The notes under the pieces: model-generated | The model's input: only the letters and a program-made list of their open reading frames with translations | Told to the model about the DNA's origin: nothing | The model's database searches: none | Made by a program: the position numbers and the translations under genes | From: Chrysemys picta bellii | Lineage: Eukaryota | NCBI RefSeq assembly: GCF_011386835.1 | Contig: NC_088803.1 | Location: 54,746,001 to 54,810,000 of the forward strand | Length of the DNA stretch: 64,000 bases | Direction of reading: 5' to 3' | Shown here: piece after piece, positions 51,690 through 63,400 of the stretch | Position numbering within the stretch: the stretch's first letter is position 1 | Layout of the letters: each line of letters opens with the position of its first letter

Positions 51690-52200
51690 AGGAGAGAGAC
51701 CTAGCTGTGTCATTTGATCAGAGGAGCCCTATGAGTCATCTGTAATGACCCTAACATCAGACTGGGATATTGGGATGGAGTGGGCCAATGCTCTGAGGTG
51801 GTAGAGAGTTCTTTTTCCCAAGTGCTTGGCTCATGGGTCTTGCTGAGGGTATAACTGATTTCCCTATTCCAGAGTGGGAAGGAATTTTTTCCCCCAATCA
51901 GATTGGCAAGAAACGTGGGGGTGGGTGTCACCTTCCACTGCAGCATGGAGTGGGGGGTTGCTGGCTAGGCTCATCTGCATATATCAGTAAGTCAATTCCC
52001 TGCTATTTGCAAGGGCCTTGGCCAGTGGGGAGCCTCACTCCCTCCAGTTCTCTGTGGCACACTTTAGCTTAGTGTTCTGAGGGCTGCAATCCATGGGTCT
52101 CATCCTGTTGGTTGATTTGGGCTTGGTGCAGGGGGGGGCTGGGTGCTAGTGAGTAGCCTGTGGTATACAGGAGGTCAGACTAAATGATTGGGTGCTGCAT
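51690..52200 (+). mobile_element. Old CR1-like 3' UTR fragment
   Basis: Ends in a CR1-type tail CAGGAGGTCAGACTAAATGAT, similar to the tail at ~12880-12930. Confidence 0.5.
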
Positions 52201-52599
52201 GCTAACCTTAAACTGTGTGACCTTGAGGCCCATTTTAGGTCAGAGATGAGCTTGTGTGGAGGTGCCCAAATCCATGTGTCACGTGGCACCATATCTCTTG
52301 CACAGGGTCTAGTTTTGGGCCTCCCTGAAGCAGCAGCTGCATGGTAGGGGTTGAAGCAGGGCCAGTGCAGCCCAGGGCCATGCCTTGGTGGGACAGTAGC
52401 AGATCAGCTATTGGGATGACTGGGCCCAGGGCCTGGCCAATTGGGCCCCCTAATGCCCGGCAAGAGAGCTGGGCAGGAGTGGAGCAGAGAGAGCCCCCCA
52501 TGCCCCACCCCTGCTTCCCAGCAGCAGCAGTCCCCAACTGGAGTGCTAGGTGGGCGGGGAAAGCCCCTGCTCGCCGGCAGAAGTACCGGTGGGGGGAGC

Positions 52600-53187
52600 C
52601 CTAGACCCAGGACTGGGGGAGCTCTAGCGCCCTGCGGGGGCCGCAGGACCAGGGCCGCTCTCGCAGCCCCCTGGGGGAGGGAATGACCGAGCTGCTCTGG
52701 GCTTGGAGCCATGGTGGGGGAAGGGGCGGAATGGAACGCTCTGGCCTCCCCAAAACCTGAACCCGCCTCCAGCCCCCCCTTCCCCAGCTCCCGGGGGGCG
52801 GGGCCTGGGCCTGCAGGCTGTCAACGCCTGGGGGGTCACATGACCCAGTCCACCATCGTCACGTGACCGCCCTGCGCTGCCGGAGCCCTCTTGCGCCGGA
52901 TCCGGGAAACGTTGCTGGGACCTTCTCGGCCGCTCCCATTGGAAGACGTGTAACCATGGAGCCCAGACTTCCGCTCCCGGCCATGCTATACTCTGATTGG
53001 TTAATCTGTCCGTTCTCTCTGTACTGTGATTGGTGGATTAGCCAGCAGAGAGCGGGATCTCTTCTGATTGGCTGGGGGGGGGGGGGTCAGGAACAGCCGC
53101 TTTATGATTGGTGGTTTGGTTGGCAATCAGTCAGTCCCCCGGGCCAAGCGAAGATGGTGGCGATGACGGGCCAGGCGCCGCGTTAAG
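52600..53187 (+). promoter_or_regulatory. ZSWIM1 CpG-island promoter and leader exon
   Basis: GTCACATGAC (52835-52844), GTCACGTGAC (52858-52867), four GATTGG boxes, AAGATGGTGG; donor TAAG|GTGAGA at 53187/53188. Confidence 0.7.
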
Positions 53188-53291
53188 GTGAGAGGGGCCC
53201 GGACGGCTCCTCGCGCGGGGCGGGCCCGGGGAGTGGGGCACGCCGGGACCTTCTGTCCCCGTGCGGAGGCTCCTGCAGGGTCCGGGCTTGG

Positions 53292-53552
53292 CGGGCTGGA
53301 GCTGTGCATGCCGGGAGTGGGGGGCCGCCCACCCCCTCCACACACACTAGGGCGGGGCTGGAGCAGTGCATGCCGGGAGTGGGGGGCCGCCCACCCCCTC
53401 CACATACACTAGGGCGGGGCTGGAGCAGTGCATGCCGGGAGGTGGGGGGCCGCCCACCCCTCCACACACACTAGGGCGGGGCTGGAGCAGTGCATGCCGG
53501 GAGGTGGGGCCGCCCACACATCCACACACACTAGGGTGGGGCTGGAGTAGTG
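53292..53552. repeat. ~62-bp minisatellite, about 4.2 copies, ZSWIM1 intron 1
   Basis: GGAG anchors at 53298, 53360, 53422, 53484 and 53544. Confidence 0.9.
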
Positions 53553-53963
53553 GGTGCTGGGACCTCTCCCTTCCCTTGGGCCCCACCTCACATAGTACAG
53601 CTCCGCGGGCTGCAATCTGTCCTTATGCCAGAGAAGTGCTGCCCCCTGCAGACTGCACCCACTCCGTTGGGCAAAGTTTGGGCATCGCTCTGTTAATCTC
53701 TAGTCTTGTGTCTGCTAGTGTGGGAAAGTGTTGCATTTCATTGCCCTGCCCGCTATCTAACTACTCATCCTTCTTCCTCCTTCCCAGTAGGTCCATCCCC
53801 ATCCAGTACAGCATGAATCTGGCTGAGGCAGTGTGGATGTTGTGATGGTAACCAGGTCGCTGGCATTCCCAACGTGGCTGGATCATAGGGAATCGCCCAA
53901 TCGCAAAGAGAATCAGGTGGTGAATGCTGTAACAAAAGGGGGAATAGACCCCTCATATTAACA

Positions 53964-55832
53964 ATGGCCCTAGTTACTGTGAAGGAACTGCTGAGCTTTG
54001 ATTGTGGTTCGCTGGTAGCTTACCAATTAGATAAAAACTCTCAGCTGGACTCTATCAGCTTCCAGACTGTCCTCATGAGAAACATATTTGTGCATTTTCC
54101 TGATGTCATATTCATCCACAGAACCCACAATCCCAGGGGCAAAGCTCTGTATATGTTCATGGTGGACAGACCTTTCCTGAAGCTGCAGGGTGAGATGACT
54201 AAGGTAATTCATTTTGCTGTCCCAGCTAAAGAATCTGCAGAAAGCCTGGCTCACATGTATAGGACCTTCAAGGCCTTCAACCCTGAGTGGAAGAAAATTA
54301 AGACCTTTCTGGTAGATCCACACTTTCGATTGTTGCAGACTCTTTCTGAAGCATTCCCATCTGCAGAGGTGCAGCTATCTGTTTTCCATGTATGCAAGCA
54401 CCTGCAGCAGAAGATTCATCAGATGTCTTTGGAATGCATCTCAGAGAGACTGATCTTAAATGCCTTGAGGAACACTATGTGTGCAGCCACTGAAAGCAAC
54501 CTGAGAATGATGCACACAATCCTGAGTGACTTTGTGAAACCAGACTTGCTTCCCCAGCTTCATACTCACTGGCTTCTCAATGACAAGATATGGGCTATGC
54601 ATAGATGGAGGAATTGGATGGAATGCAATCAGTATTTTAAAGACTTGGAGATCATCACACGGGGCTTAAGCCAGGTCTTCTGCACTGGACTGTCTCTGGA
54701 GATCTGCATCACTTCTCTAGCGAAACACTACCAGAAGTGTGTTTCAAAGAGGCCCCCTGATGCTGTGTTGTTCTCTGTTAACCCTCTTAACAGTACCATG
54801 TCTACTGAGACAGTTTTTCAGAGCCTGCCAGCTCAGGACTCGCCACCAACCTCTCACAACCCCCAAATAGCTCTTCAGAATCAACCAGCTCAGAGTTCTC
54901 CACCAGTTTCTCCCAGTCTCACAGCAGCTCATCAGAAATGGCCAGGTCAGAATTCCCCTCTAAATCCCCTAGTGGTTCTTCCGCATCCCCTGCCAGCTCC
55001 TCCAAGCCCCCTGCTTCTTCAGAATCAGCTGGCAGCCCCTCAGATCTTCCCTTTTCAGAACCAGCCAGCTCAGTATTCTTCACCAGTTTCTCTCAATCTC
55101 ACAGCAGCTCATCAGAAATGGCCAGGTCAGAATTCCCCTCCAAATCCCCTGGTTCTTCAGAATCCCTTGCCCGCCCCTCAGAGTCCTCTGCTTCCTCAGA
55201 ACCAGCTAGCAAACCCTCAGAGCCCCTTGGATCCTTTCTCCCATGACATTAAACTGGAGATCATCACTGAAGACCCAAAGGGTGACCAAGATGTGGAGTG
55301 TAACCAAGAGACTGAAGACTGCATCAGGCAGTCACTGAGAGACATTTGCACAGAGCCGGCAGCCAGATTATGCTTGAACGAGTTTGCAGTGGCACAGAAG
55401 TCTGTGCAGCTAATAGGCACCAATGAAGACATAGTCAATATACAGATCCTCGAAGACACCCACAAAGTGAACCAAAGGGGCCTGAAAAGCTGCACATGCC
55501 ACTTCAGTCAAGCTTTCCAGCTGCCCTGCAGGCACATCCTGGCTGTGTTGAACTCTGATAAGAAGATCTTACAGCCGGAGATGCTGAGCGAGCAATGGCA
55601 GAAGGAACCTAATATCTCTCAGGCAGGGCAAAATGGCACTGATGGCCTCTTGGAGGTTCTGAAAAGCTCCTGGAATGAGTCCCTGGATAAATCCTTAGCA
55701 GTGTCCTTTCTTACAGCGGAGATTAGCCGGCTTCTTACCCAGTGCAGCAGTGAGGAGTTTGATCGGAGATACAACACCCTCCGAGAATTGGCCGATAGCT
55801 GGATTGGACCTTATGTTCAGGTGAAGCTGTAG
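53964..55832 (+). CDS. ZSWIM1: Zinc finger SWIM-type containing 1, single coding exon, 622 aa
   Basis: FPDVIFIHRTHNPRGK, LHTHWLLNDKIW, SWIM CTCHFSQAFQLPCRH; ends RYNTLRELADSWIGPYVQVKL*. Paralogous to ZSWIM3. Confidence 0.95.
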   Translation: MALVTVKELLSFDCGSLVAYQLDKNSQLDSISFQTVLMRNIFVHFPDVIFIHRTHNPRGKALYMFMVDRPFLKLQGEMTKVIHFAVPAKESAESLAHMYRTFKAFNPEWKKIKTFLVDPHFRLLQTLSEAFPSAEVQLSVFHVCKHLQQKIHQMSLECISERLILNALRNTMCAATESNLRMMHTILSDFVKPDLLPQLHTHWLLNDKIWAMHRWRNWMECNQYFKDLEIITRGLSQVFCTGLSLEICITSLAKHYQKCVSKRPPDAVLFSVNPLNSTMSTETVFQSLPAQDSPPTSHNPQIALQNQPAQSSPPVSPSLTAAHQKWPGQNSPLNPLVVLPHPLPAPPSPLLLQNQLAAPQIFPFQNQPAQYSSPVSLNLTAAHQKWPGQNSPPNPLVLQNPLPAPQSPLLPQNQLANPQSPLDPFSHDIKLEIITEDPKGDQDVECNQETEDCIRQSLRDICTEPAARLCLNEFAVAQKSVQLIGTNEDIVNIQILEDTHKVNQRGLKSCTCHFSQAFQLPCRHILAVLNSDKKILQPEMLSEQWQKEPNISQAGQNGTDGLLEVLKSSWNESLDKSLAVSFLTAEISRLLTQCSSEEFDRRYNTLRELADSWIGPYVQVKL

Positions 55833-56653
55833 TTCAGAACTGAGAGCTCCGTGCCTCTGCTCTCAGCCTCTTCGAGGTGTGACTCTCCTGCTTTCTGGGC
55901 CTCTGGGAGAAGTGAGGTGTGAAATACTATAAAAACATCTGATTAAATGTAGTTCCTCCAGTGGTATGTCTTCCACTTTATTCTCCTTAGAAACTGTATA
56001 AATGTGGGCCTTAAATCTGCATCATGGTAGTTTCCCCTTTGGCTTCAGATCCTAAATGTCTATTGGGTGAACACTTCCTCTTGCTATGAGACCTAAGGAG
56101 GTGGACTTAGGTAGGAATTCTGTCTCTGACCCAGCCAACAGGAAACCCAGCTGGGAATGGAATGGGGGAGGAGGGTAATAACCTGGGACTAACTTGCCTG
56201 AACCATAGTTCATGCATTCAGACACTCATGGGATCCTTTTGCTATCTGTTGTTGCAGCTGGGTTCATGTGGGTTAGTCCCAGGATGTGTATCTGAGCCAG
56301 CCTGTGGTTCCCTTCCCTTTCCTGTCATGGTGACATGGGGCTTCCTACTAGTCTGGTAGAGCAGGATTTGCTCATGTGAAGTCAGACCTTTGTTTTGAAA
56401 CCATGTCTTTTGTTTTTCTCTTCTCACTTCATTGCCTCTAATTATTTAACTGAACCTGGTTGTTAAGGAGCCACAAACCCCGGAGGGTAGCAACCCATGC
56501 TACCAGGGAGCTGCTGTCTGCAGCCTCTGCTAGGAGCACTGGAGTGGTTTGGCTGGTTATGGCAGCTCTTAATTCCACATAAACTTGCCCTCTATCGTCA
56601 ACAGGCTTGTGTCACTGACATGGGAGGAGGGAACAAAACAGTGTTACCATAAA

Positions 56654-56740
56654 TCTGTAAAAAGCAACAAAGAATCCTGTGGCACCAATACATCTGTTAG
56701 TCTATAAGGTGCCACAGGACTGTTTGTTGCTTTTTACAGA
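56654..56740. repeat. Fold-back hairpin, Penelope-like relic
   Basis: Arms 56654-56686 and 56708-56740 are near-perfect reverse complements around a 21-nt loop. Confidence 0.85.
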
Positions 56741-57304
56741 TCCAGACTAACACGGCTCCCCTCTGAAACTAGAGTTACGGTAAGACAAACAGCGAAGTGG
56801 AGAAATCGGAGATTTAAATGTACTGTAGTGGGCATGCAGAGGAGAGAGCAGTCCCAGTCCCAGTCCCAGCCAGTAAGAGCTGCTGCACGACATGGGGATA
56901 TATGGATGGGTTGGTGCGTGGACCCTCTCTGGCACCTTCAGGCAAGGAGACCCTGGGGGCAGGGAGATGTAGATATAATTTTCTGTACCAGTCAACAGGG
57001 AGTGGTGAGGGAATAGGACAGAAGGTGCTATTTAGGTCAGTAATTTGTTCCACCCTGGGTCAGCCTGGTTTATTCATGTCATGTCAAACTGTTTGTGGTT
57101 TGTTTTGTTTTGTTTTGGCTCAATGGTTCATTCACAGTTTTGTTAACATCAGAATCCACACTCCATTCACAGGAACAGAACTACTGTATGGTCAAAGATT
57201 TCCTTTTGTGCTAGAGTTCTGTAATATAAACTCCTTTATGTAAATATAGCATCAAATATTTTCCTAAAAGCCTTTTGCTTTGAATTGTGAATTTCTCCTT
57301 GGCT

Positions 57305-59556
57305 TTACTTCTCAAAGTGTGCTATGGAAGGGGGCTGGAAGCCTCTGTCTACTGGTCTCTTCCTCTGTCTGTCTGTCTTCCAGAACTGTGCATTCCCTGT
57401 CCTTTCTGGAGTTCTCTCCCCCTGTACACCTTGCTCTGGATTCTCTGCCATGAAGTTCTGTGCAGCTCTGATCAGATCCTCCTCTTTAATCCCTGGCACA
57501 GGCACTGTGGGGATGCCAGCTATCATCATGGCAAGAGTGAGGATGCAAATGTCTGGAGGAGGGTTCTGCACTGACTGTTGACCTCTGTTCTTACTGAGTT
57601 TTATGGGCATAAGAAAAGCACCTCTGGGAGGAAATCCAAAGGTAGCCAGTGGGAAGTCTCCCCCTGGGCTGCCCAGCTCACCAACGTGCTGCCCATTCCT
57701 TTGCTGGGTTGGAGGATATCCTTTCACAGAGGCACTTGGATACATGCCAGAGGGGCCACATGGCTGCTTGTCTCTGACCCATTCAGATGGATAATCCCAT
57801 ATAGAGATCTCATCCTGTTTATGCTGGGGAAACTTTCTAGAATACCTTCCACAATAGTGTCCACTATAAGGCTCCCACCTTATGTCCCTGTACCCTGATC
57901 TGCTACTGAGAGGGAACCTTGGACTCTGCTGGGCACCACTACAAGGCTGCTTTAGTGTCTTCTGATACACAAGGGTTGCTTCTACATGTGAAGGAGCTGC
58001 AATTTCCTGTGTTTTCCTTCTGAGCACTCCTGGAACCAAAACCCCAGCAGGAAGAGATGTCTCCCCACACTGATAAACACTTAGTGGATTGCTCTTTGCC
58101 ACTTGGAGCTGTCTGCTGGCATCTGTGAGGGGGAAGGAAAAGAGAAAACGTAGGAGCAGACTGATTATTAATAGCAGATTGTGCTTCTGCCAATCCTCAA
58201 TAGGTAGGCTCCAGGGCTAAGGCAGGTCTCTGCATAAACAGCCTTTCAACCACTGAAATCAAGGGGCCATGCTTTCAGAGGGGTCTTGCTGTGCTCTAAC
58301 TGAGCACATTAACATTCTGTGGTGTGCCCCAGCACTGGGCATTGCAAATCTGAGGCCTAGGTTTGAAAATGTTGTCCTGCATGTTCCTAGATAGGTGCCC
58401 GAAGAGCAAGAAGTCAGTGTGTGGCAGAATTGATTTACAATCTACATAGTTTGTACCAGGGTTTCCGCTGCATTCATACCACATGGCTGTCCATTTCATC
58501 CACCTTTCCATGTGCAACACTGGAAATAAGTCACCACTATTTTTGAGTAAACATCTTTCCTAAGAGAAATTACACCAGTGGAATGAGAACTAGGCTGTAA
58601 TTTTCATTCCAGGTGCAGGGCTCAGGAGAACTCTCCTCCTGCATCCCACTCCACCCTGTGAGCTGGAAGCCGCATGGGTTAGTGATAGCACGTTGCACTG
58701 GCAGCTGCATTCCAATCCCAGCTCTTCTGTACTTTTTCTTAGTGAGCTAGGGCCCGATTTTCAAAGAGAGGCTTGCTTTGTGTGTGCAAACACCTGCCCT
58801 GCCATTGGTGGGATTGACAGACATAGTCTGCAAAGAACTGATCCTCACATGATGCTGGCTCTTTGTTTCCAGCTAAAAGAAAGGAGTCCGGCTTGAGACC
58901 TTTAGCCTCTCTTTTCAGCCCCCTCTCTGTAGTGTGGTGAGAGTCAGTTCACATTTGATCAGTGCTTTGAACATGGAGAGCGTGCTCTTAATTCTAAGGA
59001 GTATGAGGCAGGCTTTCCTGCGGAATTGAATAAGGAAGGTCCTGCAGACTTGGACGTTGCTGCCCTACTATGGGACAGAGTGATGCTGACCCATCAAGAG
59101 TGTATTATCTGTAAAAATGGACCAGCTATACTACAGCTACGTTGGGGGCGGGGAAGGGGGGGGGGTGGAATCACCTCCCATCCAGATTGGGATGGAGGAT
59201 TAGAGCTCAGTTACGGGGAGCTCCAACACTAACTGTTCCTGGACCATGAAAAGGCCTTGTACAGAGCACCGATTGTTGAGATAATTATGATCTAGTCGTG
59301 TCCTGTTTACGTGCCACCTCGGGATGGCATTTTATTTGGGCCTCCGTATGAAGTGTGGATTGTGATATAACAAGCCCTTAATCCTAAATCTCCTATTTGA
59401 TGGGTAAATTTGCCATGCAGCAAACAGATCTTTGAGTCACCTTCCAATCACTTTCTGGTTTCTGTACAAAATGCTTCCCTATTGGAAGGAAAAGCAGTTA
59501 CCTTGGATAGAAGTTAAAAAACCTGAAGACGCTTTTTCCTTCCCAAAATAAGACAT
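57305..59556 (-). CDS. SPATA25: Spermatogenesis-associated protein 25, 2 exons, ~290 aa
   Basis: Exon 1 59556-59502 (MSYFGKEKASSGFLTSIQ, donor GTAACT); exon 2 58122-57305. Conserved block PDICILTLAMMIAGIPTVPVPGIKEEDLIRAAQNFM. Confidence 0.9.
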
Positions 59557-60443
59557 TGCCAGTGTAGGAATCAGGCTGGTGCCTCTTCTCCCCATAATGT
59601 ACCAGCACTGACCTCTCCCCATTCTAGAACCAGCATCACAGGCCCTGACCTTACCTCACACTGGAACCAGCAAGCCACTGACCTCCCTGCCTGCTTATGC
59701 CACAATTCTAACTCTGTCATCCCCCATTGAGATCCTACAAAGCAGGGAACTATCCCTCTGCTTCATCTATTCCGGGTCTAATAGCTCTGAGTCCCTCTGT
59801 GCCTGGAAGAAGCAGCCAGGCCTCCACGTTTACCTGGATTGTCCCTTCGGAACCTTCTTGTGCAGGATGCTGATGGGAAATGAACCTCCCCCAACCCCTT
59901 TGGTTAGGGCAAGTTTATCGTCACTGAATTATGTGACTCTGAAGTAGCTGACAGCAATTGACACAACCTCAGGGGGATATTCTGTGCTACCCTCTCTCCA
60001 TTGCTATGTGGAGGAGTCTGAGACTAGGCCACACCAGTCAGTACTCCCAACAATTTGCTTCTGTTTTGAAGCACTTTATTATCCTCTCATTTCTACAACA
60101 ATCTGGCACATGCACCAATCCCTCGGTGTCCCTTTGTGTGCAGGGAATCCCCCCATTGCTGCTATTGACTGTCTGTGCTGCAAGGCTCTGCCATTCCCGT
60201 GGTCTCTGTGCCATTTATGGCACTGCACACTTCCACGGCACAGTGGATGTCAGGATGGGTGTAACTGCTGAGGTTCCAGTCAGCTGCTGTGAAGTGGGGG
60301 GACCACCTCTGCTCCTGGGGCTCCTTGAGTGAAGATGGAAGAGCGGTTCTGGAAGCATGGATCCCTTTCTGGAAGGCCATTCTTGGTCACTCACAGGGGC
60401 TTCAAGTTTGAAGGGCCTGCCTGCTGAGGGAGATCTTGCCATC

Positions 60444-63400
60444 TCATTCATATTTGCAGAAGTTCTTCAGGAGCGGAGGCAGGTCCAGCCCATCAATGGC
60501 CAATCGGTGGACAATGTGCTTCTGGATGACCAGTCGACAGAGGGTCTGCAAGGAAGGGACTGAAAGAGGAAGGAAAGGAAAAAGCTGAGGTTGCTGCTCT
60601 GAGGCAACCTTAGGAGGCAGGTGGCTCTGTCACAGAAGAGAAGAGCCACTGGGCCAGTGGCTCCTGGAAGGCAGTTTGTTCTGGGACAGCAGCAGATTAA
60701 TCTGCTTCAAGGACACCATTAATTCAGCCTCACAAAGATCTGCCTGCTGATTACGCTGGGGCAAGGCTCTCCTGCTTTCCTTGGGAGAGCTACTGCTGAG
60801 AAGCACAACATGAGAGTGAAGGATGGAAGTACTTACTTTTCTAGCCTCCCAGTAAAGGCTAGGAGAGCAGTTTATGTGCCTGTGCTGGTGCATTTGCATG
60901 ATGGATTTTGAAAAGGCCCTATTAATTCATCTAAAGGCTGCGTGAACTTCCGATCCCCTGCCCTCCTCTCTATCTCTTCCTGTCCCTGAGTTAGCAGACA
61001 CAGCAGGATTGAATGTTGGATCCCTCTGAGGTCTGGCTGGGGTTTCCCAGAGAGACTGGTTTCACAACAGTGTTACGATTAACTGGTTAGAGCTGGTTTA
61101 GTGAGTGAGTTCTCTGTTCCCTTGCAGCAGTGCTCCTGCTGGGCCGCAGGCTCTGATCCCACCCCCCACATTAGGGTGTCCAGACAGCAAATGTGAAAAA
61201 TCAGGACAGGGGGTGGGGGGTAATAGGAGCCTATATAAGAAAAAGACCCAAAAATCGGGACTGTCCCTATAAAATCGGGACCTCTGGTCACCCTATCCCA
61301 CATAGTCCCAGCGGATTTCTTGTAAGGCTCTCGACACTCAGCAGAAAAAATAAAATCTCCAGCGTGCTTCTAGACCTTTTCTTTCTGAATTCTTTGAGTT
61401 AGTGGGTGCTGGTAAAAGTCTCCAGAGAATCCTGGAGAGTGAATTCGCTATCCACCGTACAGCCCAGGCAGCAGCAGGGCCTGCTCCCCCCATGTTATCC
61501 TGCTACAGTGCCCCACCCCTGACTACCTCTCGGGGAGGAGCGATGGAGAGTTCAAAGGGTGGAATGGTCTGGCCATTGTGTCAGCCCTGTGGTTAAGAAC
61601 CCGTCAGCTGTGATTAATCTGAACTCTTGCTCAATGTCTCTGTAAAATGGCTGCCTTAAGTGCTGGTGACTTCCAGGAATTTGAGGTGCAATCTGAGGCA
61701 GAGATAGAAGTAGAGCAGTACTGAGTCCAAACGTGTTACCACTGTTTAGAGGATGTGTCTGACCTTGGGAGTATTTTCAAGTAGTTTGTTTACCTTAACT
61801 TGGAGGCACTGGGCTCTCGGGTTGTTATGACCAGGGGACTAGGTAAGAAGTGTCCCTGTCGCTATCTGCAGCAATCTCTTCCTCCCCATGTCCACTTGCC
61901 CTGAATCTCCCTTGTGACCCACAAGCATCACCAGTGGCCGCAGCTTGTTCTATGTTTCCTCTGCAAACTGTCTCCTGGCCAATAAACAGTAAAACTTCTC
62001 TTTAGATGCTAAGAAAGCTTTGCAGAAATAGAAATCACTGAAGCCTTAAGTGAGAGAAGAGCCAGAGTCTGCCTCCTGCATCAGTTCCAGCCATCTTACG
62101 AAGCCCTAGTGAACATTCTGAGGCAACTTGCCTGGTACTGCAACTGCCCCCAACAGCTTCCAGCCTAGAGGGCCGACGGGGAAAAAGATATTGATTCACA
62201 TTCTGAGCTGGACACAGGCCCTCCACAAAAGGTGTGGTCCAGTCCAGGAATAACATGAGAGGTTGCTTGCTACCAAAGTTGCTCATTAGAGCATTGGGGT
62301 CCTGTTAGATCAAAGTAGGTTTAATGATTGATAATTGCACATGCAAACACATGAGTCAGGTTCAAAATATCATCCTAGGACTGAAAAGCCTGCACAGCAG
62401 CGCGTATCTTATCTCCCTGTGTTTGGACATTCACAGAACTAACTCAAAACAACTAGCAGAGAAACCACTGGATTTTAGCCTTGGTACCAAAATAATCTGA
62501 ACTTTAAGCCAGTGAAACAAGGGAAGGCTTCCCCTACATCGATAAGTCACTCTTCTGCCTGTTCCATAGTTACAGTTGTTCTTTGGTTTTACTGTAGTGC
62601 TGTACATGTGGCCTCACATCTAGAATCCAGGTATCAGCCAATAAGCACTGATCCATTACAACAAATGTGGCATGTTAGCCAGCATAGCAATTCTTATGTT
62701 ACTAGCCATTAACATGTCAGGAGTTCTTCCACAGCCTCCTTGTCTCACTTAGTACTTCGCCTCTCTAAGGTAGTCAATGAGGTGACTAATTAGCGATGGT
62801 GGATTTTGTGACATGGCCACCTGTCCCATCAGGAATTTGACTGAGACACCAAACTGATTGCACACCTCGTCCACTGAACAGCTTTGCGATGGAAATGACT
62901 TTACCACTACTGGAGTGGGCTGGATGGCCCCATACCCACTATCCCTATCTATGAACATCTTCACCAGAGGCCGTAACACAGGAGTCCCTGGATGTTCTGC
63001 AGGACATAAATGGCAACACACTGTTTCTGCTCCCTGCACCCAAACCTCAGCCCAGAACTGCCTCTCCAAGCTGATCCCAACTTGGAAATGTCACAAAAAT
63101 GAGAGCAGGCAGGAGCTCAGAGACGATAGGTGGGCAGGGCAGGGCAGGGAGGCAGAAACTAGAGCTATGGAGATCAGGACACAGAGGTGAGAGCCTCAGG
63201 AGTGTAGAGAAAAGAGGCTGGAAGGTCAGACAAATGAGTGTTGGGGAACCTGAGCTAGGTTCTGATTTTCAGGGCTGAAGCTGTATCCAGCAGGAAATGA
63301 GTGCTTTCTCCCGTCTAATCTGTCAGTCTTGTGCTCAGCACCATGGGAGCTGAGCTTGTGCCCCTGGGAGACTGTGACATTTAATCTTACTGGATTTAAG

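Noticed and set aside
53292-53552. CRISPR-like array
   Set aside because: Eukaryotic DNA; the units are contiguous tandem copies with no unique spacers.
59833-59880. Alternative coding exon 1 for SPATA25 (donor GTAAAC)
   Set aside because: The phase-compatible frame has an upstream stop and no ATG; the MSYF exon at 59556 matches the ortholog. It could still be a UTR exon.
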